A stretch of 63,765 nt of DNA, counting the filler. It is 9 parts of 9 records of this genome, joined end to end, with 100 filler letters (N's around TTAATTAATTAA, not from the genome) between each part and the next. Parts side by side here need not be neighbours in the genome. Positions count along the whole stretch, not along the records: positions 12,434 to 22,825 come from SRR31156797_72205; positions 22,926 to 31,368 come from SRR31156797_72225; 7 more parts are not named here. One strand, written 5' to 3'. Shown piece by piece: positions 18,763 through 27,034 of the stretch. How positions within the stretch are numbered: the first letter of the stretch is position 1; the number at the start of each line of letters is the position of its first letter. The position numbers and the translations under genes are program-made. The notes under the pieces are model-generated. The model was given only the letters and a program-made list of their open reading frames with translations. It had not been told where the DNA came from and ran no database searches.

Positions 18763-19269
18763 CTACTTGTTCAGGATCACGCCCACGCCGAGGCGCTGGT
18801 CCGTTCTGTCTTCGTTGAATACCGCCATATACTGAACGTAGCCGAACAGGACGGCCGCCCGTACTCCGGCGGCGAAGGCCGTGTCGGTGGTTATCTCGTC
18901 CCCGTCGGTCCTGTAGGTCTGGATGTCGGCGCCCGCCAGGGCGCTCAGGGTGACCATATTCAGAAGATTCACCTTGAGGTAGGCCTTGGGCAGATGCTCG
19001 GAAAGGCTCAGGGTATCGCCCATCGGGCCGTCGTCAAATGACCAGGCGTGTCCGTACTCGTATTCGGCGCCTATGGAGAGGGTGGGGAAGATCTTATATC
19101 CCACGCCCCCGAAGAAGGAGAAGCCCAGGGGAAAGGAGTCGGGGTTTCCGTCGTCCCCCAGAAAGACGCCGTTATAGCCGCCTCCCAGTTGAAAGTCTAT
19201 ATTGCCGGCCCAGGCGCCGCCGGCGGCGCAAAGAAGGATGAGCCCTATAAGTAATATTCTTTTCCTCAT
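18763..19269 (-). CDS. Putative small outer-membrane beta-barrel protein
   Basis: Signal peptide ending AWA, followed by alternating amphipathic Gly/aromatic-rich strands. Confidence 0.6.
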   Translation of the reverse strand: MRKRILLIGLILLCAAGGAWAGNIDFQLGGGYNGVFLGDDGNPDSFPLGFSFFGGVGYKIFPTLSIGAEYEYGHAWSFDDGPMGDTLSLSEHLPKAYLKVNLLNMVTLSALAGADIQTYRTDGDEITTDTAFAAGVRAAVLFGYVQYMAVFNEDRTDQRLGVGVILNK

Positions 19270-19273
19270 TATT

Positions 19274-20563
19274 CTACTCCTTTCTCTCCCTTTCGGGAAG
19301 ACCGCGGATTTTCCGGATTTTTCTGTCATAAGTATAGAGCATATCCCGCTCGAAATCCTCGTTATCGGGATAGCTGCGGCCGAACACGGGTTCCCAGAGA
19401 TCGGGATCCTCCATGCACATGTATTGAAAGACCTCGTCCTTCCAGGGAGCCAGACCCCGGCGGGCCGCCTTGAAGAGCTCCCGCTTGACCTCTAAGGGAT
19501 AGGACCACTTGCCCGCCGCATCCCTGAGGGGCATTTGCAGGATCTTGCTCCTGATGGGCCTCTCCCTGAGCATCTTGAGGACGGGCTTGATAAAGGTCAG
19601 GGTCCCGTATGAGACGGTCACCACTTCGTCGGGATGGAACAACGCGGTCATCCTGCCCGTCAGGTCGGCATAATCCTCTTCCCATCCCTCATACCAGACC
19701 ATGGGATGGAGGTGGAAGCCCACGGGAATACCCCGGTCCGCCGCCTTCCGGGCCGCCGCCAGGCGCTCATCCAGGCCGGAGGTCAGCCTCTCCTCCGAGG
19801 CGATGATCACCGGCGTGTTGAGAGACCAGGTGAGGAGCAGGTTATCGGGAATCTCCAGGCTCAGGAGTTCCTCCGTCCGGCTGGACTTGCTCTTCAGTTC
19901 CAGGATGACGTTGGGGGTCTGACCGGCGAAGGCGAAGAGCTTCTCCAGAAGCCCTTCCCTGTTCCCCCACATCAGGGAGTCGGAGGACTGGCCCGTACCT
20001 ATATGGTAGAGCCTGTCCGGGTCGAGCTCCAGCTGTCCCAGCTTCTCTGCCAAGTCCCGGTGAAAGAGGACCTGGTTGTCCGAGTAGAAGGACTGGATGG
20101 AGCAGTAGGAGCAGTCGAAGCCGCAGCCTATCACAGCGTCCAGGGTCTTCAGATTGCAGCAGCGGGTCCTGGGAGAGGCAACGGGGCAGTCTCCCAGAAT
20201 CTGACGGTCGTCATCCACCTCCCTGAATCCCGGCGGCTTGATGCTGATCGATTCGGGGGAAAAGCTTTTATAACTCTTCGGGTTCTCTTTCAGAGACTCC
20301 CAGCGCCCGGAAAGGCCCTTGAAGCGCTTGTCCTTTTCGTTGCGGTCGCCCGCTTTCAAAGGGGCCGCCGGCTCTCCCCAGAGGGTCTCCAGAGCCCCCT
20401 CGTCCCAGGTTTCCAGGTCCCGGGCTATCTGTATGATCTGTCTGATCTCCTGCGTGCTGAAGCGCCATAGCGCGCATAACTTTTCTACGAACTCCCTGTC
20501 CTCAGACGACAGGTTCAGGTATTCCCCAGAGCCCCTGAATCGTGCTAATTTATTATCCGTCAT
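19274..20563 (-). CDS. Spore photoproduct lyase (SplB)-family radical SAM protein with N-terminal extension
   Basis: GCGFDCSYC, IGTGQSSDSL, LELKSKS, WSLN, GFHLHP and YMCME. Confidence 0.8.
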   Translation of the reverse strand: MTDNKLARFRGSGEYLNLSSEDREFVEKLCALWRFSTQEIRQIIQIARDLETWDEGALETLWGEPAAPLKAGDRNEKDKRFKGLSGRWESLKENPKSYKSFSPESISIKPPGFREVDDDRQILGDCPVASPRTRCCNLKTLDAVIGCGFDCSYCSIQSFYSDNQVLFHRDLAEKLGQLELDPDRLYHIGTGQSSDSLMWGNREGLLEKLFAFAGQTPNVILELKSKSSRTEELLSLEIPDNLLLTWSLNTPVIIASEERLTSGLDERLAAARKAADRGIPVGFHLHPMVWYEGWEEDYADLTGRMTALFHPDEVVTVSYGTLTFIKPVLKMLRERPIRSKILQMPLRDAAGKWSYPLEVKRELFKAARRGLAPWKDEVFQYMCMEDPDLWEPVFGRSYPDNEDFERDMLYTYDRKIRKIRGLPERERKE

Positions 20564-20602
20564 TACCGATTAATTGTAGAAGAATTAAGGATCTTATCAT
20601 AG

Positions 20603-20974
20603 ATGAAATTAAGAATGTTTGACGGGATAGCGCTGGTTTTTTCTCTGTCCGTTTTTCTGCTGTTTTTTCTTTACGGCAGAAGCCTCAGCAAGGACGACGG
20701 CTATCTCCTTATCCAGGATTCAGAAGGGGAGTCGCTCTACTCCATGGCCGAGACCCGGGACGTTGTTGTCGAAGGCCCGGTGGGGGAGTCGGTTATCCAT
20801 ATCGAGGGCGGACACGCCTCCTTTACCCACAGCGACTGCCAGGATCAGCTCTGCGTCCATATGGGCGATATCGAGTCCAGCGGCGAGTGGGCCGCCTGTC
20901 TGCCCAATCAGGTGTTTATCATGATCGAAGGCGGGCCGGATGATGAGGAGGATGTCGATGCAGGGGTCTACTGA
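20603..20974 (+). CDS. NusG domain II-containing membrane-anchored protein
   Basis: N-terminal TM; GPVG...SDCQDQLCVHMG...ACLPNQV. Confidence 0.85.
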   Translation: MKLRMFDGIALVFSLSVFLLFFLYGRSLSKDDGYLLIQDSEGESLYSMAETRDVVVEGPVGESVIHIEGGHASFTHSDCQDQLCVHMGDIESSGEWAACLPNQVFIMIEGGPDDEEDVDAGVY

Positions 20975-22202
20975 CACGAAAAACCTGAACCGGATAGCCC
21001 TTCTCGGGGCCTTCAGCATGTTCCTCTCCACCGTGGAATATCTTTTCCCCCGTCCCATTCCCTTCATGCGCCTGGGCCTGGCGAACCTTCCCCTGCTGCT
21101 GGGATTGGAGGTCCTCTCCGCCCCCTCCTATATCCTTCTGGTGATCCTGAAGGTGCTGGGGCAGGCCCTGGTGAACGGAACCCTGGCCTCCTATGTCTTC
21201 CTCTTCTCTCTGAGCGGTTCCCTGGGAAGCGCCCTGATCATGTACTTCTGTTACAAGGGCCTGGGGAGGCGGATCTCCTTCGTGGGCATCTCCCTGATGG
21301 GGGCCCTGGCCAGCAATACCATGCAGATCGTTCTGTCGGTGATCTTTATCTTCGGCAGCTCCGCCTGGCGCATCCTGCCCCTCTTCCTGGGGATAGGTCT
21401 GGTTTCGGGACTCTTCATCGGGATCTTCGCCCAGCACTTCTCCGAGCGTTCCCTCTGGTGGGACGCCTTCCGCAGAAGCGGTCGGGGGGAAAGGGCGAAT
21501 CTGCCAGAGACCGAGCTTCCTTCCGGGGAGGATCAGGCCGTCTTCCATAAGAAGAAGAAAAGAAAGCGCAGAAAGAAAAGGCCCGACAGGCTGGCGTCCT
21601 TCCTGAACCCCTCCTTCCGTTTCTGGACCGGTCTGATTCTGATTCCGGGATACCTCTTTCTGGAGAATCCCCTGGCCAAACTGGGCCTGGTGGCCCTTTT
21701 CGCCTTTATGGCCGTGATGGCGGGCAAGAGGATCCGCTTCGGCTACTACATCATCCTGACCGCATCCATTACCTTCTTCCACATACTCACACCCCTGGGA
21801 CGCATCCTCTTCGAGATCGGCCCCCTGCGCATCACGTCGGGCGCCCTGGGTACGGGCGTGATGAAGGGCATGACCCTCTGCGGTCTTATCTTTATCTCCC
21901 TCTTCTCGGTGTCGGGGAGGCTGCGGCTTCCGGGGAAGCTGGGAGGGCTTCTGGCCCGGACCTTTTATTTCTTCGAGGAGATCCTGGAGGGAAAGACGAG
22001 GATCTCCCCCCGGGACTTTATCGGCTCTCTGGACCGCGTCCTTATCCAGCTCTTCCACCCGGAACAGCTGAATGAGTTCGAGGCCCCCGAAGCTTCCGGT
22101 GAGGTCCCCGTTTTCAGGGGTAAAAGGATCCCCAGTCTGATCTACTTCCTGCTTCTGACGGGAACGGTCTGGGGCAGCATGATCCGGGAGATCATACTCT
22201 GA
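20958..22202 (+). CDS. Gx transporter family (heptaprenyl diphosphate synthase component I-like) protein with an extra C-terminal membrane domain
   Basis: EYLFPRPIPFMRLGLAN, FSLSGS and GISLMGALASN; a basic linker then a second hydrophobic domain. Start at ATG 20958 after GAGGAGG. Confidence 0.8.
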   Translation: MQGSTDTKNLNRIALLGAFSMFLSTVEYLFPRPIPFMRLGLANLPLLLGLEVLSAPSYILLVILKVLGQALVNGTLASYVFLFSLSGSLGSALIMYFCYKGLGRRISFVGISLMGALASNTMQIVLSVIFIFGSSAWRILPLFLGIGLVSGLFIGIFAQHFSERSLWWDAFRRSGRGERANLPETELPSGEDQAVFHKKKKRKRRKKRPDRLASFLNPSFRFWTGLILIPGYLFLENPLAKLGLVALFAFMAVMAGKRIRFGYYIILTASITFFHILTPLGRILFEIGPLRITSGALGTGVMKGMTLCGLIFISLFSVSGRLRLPGKLGGLLARTFYFFEEILEGKTRISPRDFIGSLDRVLIQLFHPEQLNEFEAPEASGEVPVFRGKRIPSLIYFLLLTGTVWGSMIREIIL

Positions 22203-22207
22203 ACTAT

Positions 22208-22810
22208 GTGATTTCTCTGAGAGCGGGCTGGCTGGTCAGCGAGAAACCGGCGGGCCTGCTTTCGGTTCCGGGAAGGGGCCCTGAGAAGGCGGACTGTCTC
22301 CTCTCCCGCCTGGCCGAATCCTACCCGGAGATCCTGACGGTCCACCGCCTGGACCAGGCCACATCGGGCCTTCTGATCTGGGCCCTGAACAAAGAGACGC
22401 AGCGAAAGCTGAGCCGTCTAATCGAAGAGAGGAAGGTCCATAAGGAGTACGAGGCCCTGATCTGCGGCAGCCCGGGCGAAGACAAAGGGCTGATTGAGCT
22501 GAAGCAGCGTCTGGATGTGGACAACAGGCCCCTGCAGATCGTGGACGAAGAGCTGGGAAAGCAATCGGTTACCCGCTGGAGGGTATTGGAAAGGCGGCCC
22601 GACGGTCTGACCCGCATCCGCCTCTATCCCGAGACCGGGCGCACCCATCAGCTGCGCCTCCATATGGCGAGCAGGGGATGGCCTATTTTGGGGGACGGGC
22701 TTTACGGCGGCAAAACTGCACAGAGGATGATGCTGCACGCCTGCCGGATGGAACTTGCGGATCCATTGACAGCTGATAAGCTCTGTTTTCGTTCGAAGAT
22801 CCCCTTTTGA
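22208..22810 (+). CDS. rluA: RluA-family pseudouridine synthase
   Basis: KPAGLLS, HRLDQATSG, TGRTHQLRLH and PILGDGLYG. Confidence 0.88.
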   Translation: MISLRAGWLVSEKPAGLLSVPGRGPEKADCLLSRLAESYPEILTVHRLDQATSGLLIWALNKETQRKLSRLIEERKVHKEYEALICGSPGEDKGLIELKQRLDVDNRPLQIVDEELGKQSVTRWRVLERRPDGLTRIRLYPETGRTHQLRLHMASRGWPILGDGLYGGKTAQRMMLHACRMELADPLTADKLCFRSKIPF

Positions 22811-22825
22811 GTCCCTGTTCCGGCA

Positions 22826-22925
22826 NNNNNNNNNNNNNNNNNNNNNNNNNNNNNNNNNNNNNNNNNNNNTTAATTAATTAANNNNNNNNNNNNNNNNNNN
22901 NNNNNNNNNNNNNNNNNNNNNNNNN
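22826..22925. other. Artificial contig spacer
   Basis: N44-TTAATTAATTAA-N44. Confidence 0.99.
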
Positions 22926-22954
22926 CCTGATCCGGGTAATGCCGGCGAAGGGAA
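22926..22954 (+). ncRNA. TPP riboswitch, 3' half (cut by contig start)
   Basis: CCTGATCCGGGTAATGCCGGCGAAGGGAA matches the P4/P5 part of the THI box; directly upstream of thiB. Confidence 0.88.
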
Positions 22955-23005
22955 TAGGTCCTTGTCTTATCGCACCCCCTGGAATATATAACCAGGAGTA
23001 ATACC

Positions 23006-24070
23006 ATGAAGAAATCTATTTTCTTGCTTCTCTTTCCCCTCCTTCTTATGTTGGGAGCCTGCGAAAAAAAAACAAATGAATCCACAACCTTTGAAAAAAC
23101 AGCCGAAGTGCCCGAGGCTGTTGAAGCCGAAGCGAAGAGCCTGATCGTCTACTGCTACGACTCGTTCGCCTCCGAATGGGGCCCCGGCCCCGTTCTGGTC
23201 GAGAAATTTACAGAGCAGACAGGCATCGCCGTCGAACTGAAAGCTCCGGGAGACGCGGTGACCGTGCTCTCCAGGGTCATCCTCGATAAAGAGGCTCCCA
23301 CGGGAGATCTCCTGATCGGCCCCGATAACAACCTGTTGGCCCGTGCCCTTGCGGAGGGTGTGCTGGAGCCCTACGACGCCCCCGCGCTGAAGGATATCGC
23401 TCCCGAACTGAGATTCGACGAAACCAACAGCCTGATCCCCTTCGACTGGGGCTACTTCGCCATCTGCTACGATTCGGAGAAGCTGGAGAATCCTCCCTCC
23501 TCACTGGAAGATCTGACGAAGCCCGAATTCGCCAAATCCCTGGTCCTGATGGATCCCCGGACCTCCAGTCCCGGCATGGGCTTTCTGCTCTGGACCCGGG
23601 CCGTCTACGGGGACGACTACCTTGAGTACTGGCAGCGCCTGGCGCCCTCGGTCCTCACGGTTACCGAAAGCTGGAGCAACGGCTACGGCCTTTTCACCAG
23701 CGGGGAGGCCCCCCTGGTTCTCAGCTACTCCACCAGTCCCGTCTACCACAAGATGTGGGAGGAGACCGAGCGCTACAAGGCCCTGGAGTTCGCCGAGGGC
23801 AACTACCTGCAGGTGGAAGGTGTCGGCGTGATCAAGGGCGCCCCCAACCGGGATGCCGCACGAGCCTTCATCGACTACATGCTCTCTCCCGAAGGACAGG
23901 GCATCATCGCCTCCAGCAATATCATGATGCCCGCCGTGGGAAGCACCGAGCTCCCCGAGGCCTTCGACATGGCCTTTATCTCATCCAATCCCCGTCTCCT
24001 GGACAAAGAGGAGATCGCCGCCCACGGAGATGAGTGGGTTCAGGACTGGGTGGAGAACGCGGGGCTCTGA
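23006..24070 (+). CDS. thiB: Thiamine ABC transporter substrate-binding lipoprotein
   Basis: Lipobox LGAC; YDSFASEWGPGP, DPRTSSPG, LSYSTSP and YLQVE. Confidence 0.92.
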   Translation: MKKSIFLLLFPLLLMLGACEKKTNESTTFEKTAEVPEAVEAEAKSLIVYCYDSFASEWGPGPVLVEKFTEQTGIAVELKAPGDAVTVLSRVILDKEAPTGDLLIGPDNNLLARALAEGVLEPYDAPALKDIAPELRFDETNSLIPFDWGYFAICYDSEKLENPPSSLEDLTKPEFAKSLVLMDPRTSSPGMGFLLWTRAVYGDDYLEYWQRLAPSVLTVTESWSNGYGLFTSGEAPLVLSYSTSPVYHKMWEETERYKALEFAEGNYLQVEGVGVIKGAPNRDAARAFIDYMLSPEGQGIIASSNIMMPAVGSTELPEAFDMAFISSNPRLLDKEEIAAHGDEWVQDWVENAGL

Positions 24071-25758
24071 TGCCGAATACCAAGGGAAAGCTCCGGGGGG
24101 AGCTGCGCCTTCTCCCGGTCTTTCTGTTCCTGTCCCTGACCTTCTATCTCCCCGTATGCGTCCTCCTTGTAAGAGGGCTCCGGGGAGAGGACGGAGGATG
24201 GACCCTGGGCTGGTTGAGAGAGATATTGACCAGCCCTTATTACAGGCGCATCTTCGGGTTCACACTGAGCCAGGCCCTGATGAGCAGCCTGCTGTCCATC
24301 GTCGTGGCCCTCCCGGGCGCCTGGATCCTCTCCCATCTGAACTTTCCCGGCAAACGCTTCCTCAAGGCCCTGACCACCATACCGTTCATCCTGCCCTCCA
24401 TACTGGTGGTACTGGGGTTCATCCTCTTCTGGGGGCGCCAGGGCGTAGTGAACCGCACCCTTATGCTGCTGACCAGAGGGGACGAACCGGTCATTGACGT
24501 GCTCTACTCCTTCCGGGCCATCCTACTGGCCCATGTGTTCTACAACTTCCCCATTGCCCTGAGGCTGATCGGAGCCTGGTGGGAGGGGCTGGGGGGGAAC
24601 CAGCTGCAGGCGGCCCGGCTTCTGGGAGCTTCGGAGCGTAAAATTTTCAGGACCATAACCCTGCCCCAGCTGCTGCCGGGCATCCTGAGCGCCGGCAGCC
24701 TGATCTTCCTCTACTGTTTCATGAGCTTTGCGGTGGTCCTCGTTCTGGGAGGCGGACCGAGATGGTCGACCATGGAGGTGGAGGTATACCGCCTGATCAA
24801 GTACTCCCTGGATTTCGGACGAGGCGGGGCCCTGGCCCTGGTAGAGACGGCGGCGACCCTCTTCCTGAGCTGGTTCGTCATCCGCCGGGAAAGCGCCGCC
24901 ATTCAGCGGCAGAGCACCGGTCTGGAACGCCGGAACTGGACGATCCTCCCGCTCAGGGGCCGGCTCCTGATCCTGGCCTACCTTCTCTTCGTTCTGATCG
25001 TGATCATGGGCCCCATCATCACGGTCAGCTTCCATTCCTTCCTTGAGAAGATAAACAGAAGCGGCGACGCCCGGATCTCTCTTCGCTGGTACCGGGAGAT
25101 ACTGAGCGCTCCGGGGAGCCTGTCGGGAAACGCCCAACTCCTGTCCAGGGCCGTCAGGAACAGCCTCTTTCTGGGGCTGAGCACCGTGCTACTGACCCTG
25201 ACCCTGGGAGCCTACAGCGCCTGGCTGCTTTCCAGGGCCGGCTTCCGCTTCCCCGTGCTCACCGAAACCTTCCTCATGATGCCCATGGGGATCTCTTCGG
25301 TGGTCCTGGGAATGGGCTATCTCTGGCTGAGCCGGGGGAACAGACTCTCCCTGCTGCCGCCCAGGCTCTCCATCGTCCTGGCCCACAGCGTGATCGCCCT
25401 CCCCTTCGTGCTCAGGAGTCTCACCCCCGCCATGAAGCGGATAAGGCAGAGCCTCCTGGACGCCTCCCGGCTCATGGGGGCGGGAGGGGTAAAGCAGTTC
25501 CTTACGGTCGAACTGCCCCTGATCCGTCCCGGCCTGATCGCCGGGGCCGCCTTCGCCATGGCCATCTCCCTGGGAGAGATAAACGCCACCCTGATCCTGT
25601 CGGACGCGGGGGTGCCCACCATACCCATCGCCATCCTGAGGCTGATCGGGACCTATAAGTTCTCCAGCGCCTGCGCCCTGGGAACCATCCTTATCCTTAT
25701 ATGCCTGGGGGCGTTCCTTCTGATCGACGCCTTTGAAAGGCGGGAGGAGAATTCATGA
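24070..25758 (+). CDS. thiP: Thiamine ABC transporter permease (two BPD_transp domains)
   Basis: LAHVFYNFP, AARLLGA, FLYCFMSF and AISLGE; TGATG overlap with thiB. Confidence 0.9.
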   Translation: MPNTKGKLRGELRLLPVFLFLSLTFYLPVCVLLVRGLRGEDGGWTLGWLREILTSPYYRRIFGFTLSQALMSSLLSIVVALPGAWILSHLNFPGKRFLKALTTIPFILPSILVVLGFILFWGRQGVVNRTLMLLTRGDEPVIDVLYSFRAILLAHVFYNFPIALRLIGAWWEGLGGNQLQAARLLGASERKIFRTITLPQLLPGILSAGSLIFLYCFMSFAVVLVLGGGPRWSTMEVEVYRLIKYSLDFGRGGALALVETAATLFLSWFVIRRESAAIQRQSTGLERRNWTILPLRGRLLILAYLLFVLIVIMGPIITVSFHSFLEKINRSGDARISLRWYREILSAPGSLSGNAQLLSRAVRNSLFLGLSTVLLTLTLGAYSAWLLSRAGFRFPVLTETFLMMPMGISSVVLGMGYLWLSRGNRLSLLPPRLSIVLAHSVIALPFVLRSLTPAMKRIRQSLLDASRLMGAGGVKQFLTVELPLIRPGLIAGAAFAMAISLGEINATLILSDAGVPTIPIAILRLIGTYKFSSACALGTILILICLGAFLLIDAFERREENS

Positions 25759-26807
25759 AACTGGAAATCAAAGAGCTGGAACTGACCCTGGGGGAGTTCC
25801 GGCTGAACTGCGAACTCTCTCTCCCTTCGGGCCGCCTGATCACACTGCTCGGCCCCAGCGGATGCGGAAAGACCTCCCTTCTCAAATCGGTGGCGGGTCT
25901 TCACTCCCTTGACGACGGGCGCATTGTTCTGGGTGAGAGGGATATCAGCGCCCTCGATCCCCGGCAGAGGAAGATCGGCATGGTCTTTCAGGACTACGCC
26001 CTCTTCCCCCATATGTCGGTCAGGAAGAATATCTGTTACGGCATGTCCCTGAAGAGGGACGCCGCTCTGGCCCGCTGCCGCGAGCTGCTGGAGCTGGTGG
26101 AGCTCACGGGCTTTGATGAGAGGATGCCCGAGGAGCTGTCAGGGGGAGAGAAGCAGCGGGTGGCCCTGGCCCGGGCCCTGGCCTCGGAGCCGGATCTTCT
26201 CCTTCTGGACGAGCCCTTGAGCGCCCTGGACGCCAGGCTGCGCCGCATCCTTCGCCGTCAGATAAGGGAGATTCAAAACAAGACAGGCATCACGACCCTC
26301 TACGTTACCCATGACCAGGAGGAGGCCATGGCCATATCGGACTGGATCGTCCTGATGGACCGGGGCCGGGTCAGCCAGTGCGGCAGCCCGGAAGAGCTTT
26401 ACGCCCGCCCGGCCAACGCCTTTGCGGGTCGCTTTATCGGCAATGCCAACATGATCCCCGTTGACAGCTGCGAGTCGCTGCCCGACGGCGGCATACGCAT
26501 ATCCAGCGGATTGGGGGAGCACAGCCTTCCCCCCCGGGCCGCCGCTACCTCTCCGCAAGAGGGACAGAGCGGTGGCTTTCTCTACTTTCGCCCCGAGGAC
26601 TGCCGGCTGATTGAGTCTCCCGGCAGCGGCGGCATCGGAGGAGAGGGAGAGATCATCTACCGCGAATACGGCGGCGACTTCCAGATCCTGGAGCTCAGGT
26701 CGGGAGATGAGCTTGTGCGTATCAAGGCTCCCGCCGACCATCCCGTGTCCCGGGGACAGCGCCAGAGCTGGTCCGTCAGGCCGGAAGACTGCAGCTACCT
26801 GCTCTGA
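25755..26807 (+). CDS. thiQ: Thiamine ABC transporter ATPase
   Basis: GPSGCGKT, LSGGEKQR, LLDEP and VTHDQEEA. Confidence 0.85.
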   Translation: MKLEIKELELTLGEFRLNCELSLPSGRLITLLGPSGCGKTSLLKSVAGLHSLDDGRIVLGERDISALDPRQRKIGMVFQDYALFPHMSVRKNICYGMSLKRDAALARCRELLELVELTGFDERMPEELSGGEKQRVALARALASEPDLLLLDEPLSALDARLRRILRRQIREIQNKTGITTLYVTHDQEEAMAISDWIVLMDRGRVSQCGSPEELYARPANAFAGRFIGNANMIPVDSCESLPDGGIRISSGLGEHSLPPRAAATSPQEGQSGGFLYFRPEDCRLIESPGSGGIGGEGEIIYREYGGDFQILELRSGDELVRIKAPADHPVSRGQRQSWSVRPEDCSYLL

Positions 26808-26948
26808 GTGAGGCATGATGAGGTCCAGGATACTTACAGCTCAAACGATAGTACTGTAAGGACATGGCGGATCGATCATAGGAAGATGGTATAGAAATTG
26901 ACCGGAAGATGGCTTTGAAACATTGTTTTCAGAGCTGAAAGCGTTCCC

Positions 26949-27013
26949 TTGACAAACACTTTTCCTTCGTATTCAATGGAAATCATTAAAAAAATACTTT
27001 CAATTCTATTGAA
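26949..27013 (+). promoter_or_regulatory. BCCT promoter with a downstream operator-like palindrome
   Basis: TTGACA-N17-TTCAAT, then TTCAAT-TCT-ATTGAA at 26999-27013. Confidence 0.5.
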
Positions 27014-27034
27014 TGACTCTCAAGGAGAACTCAC

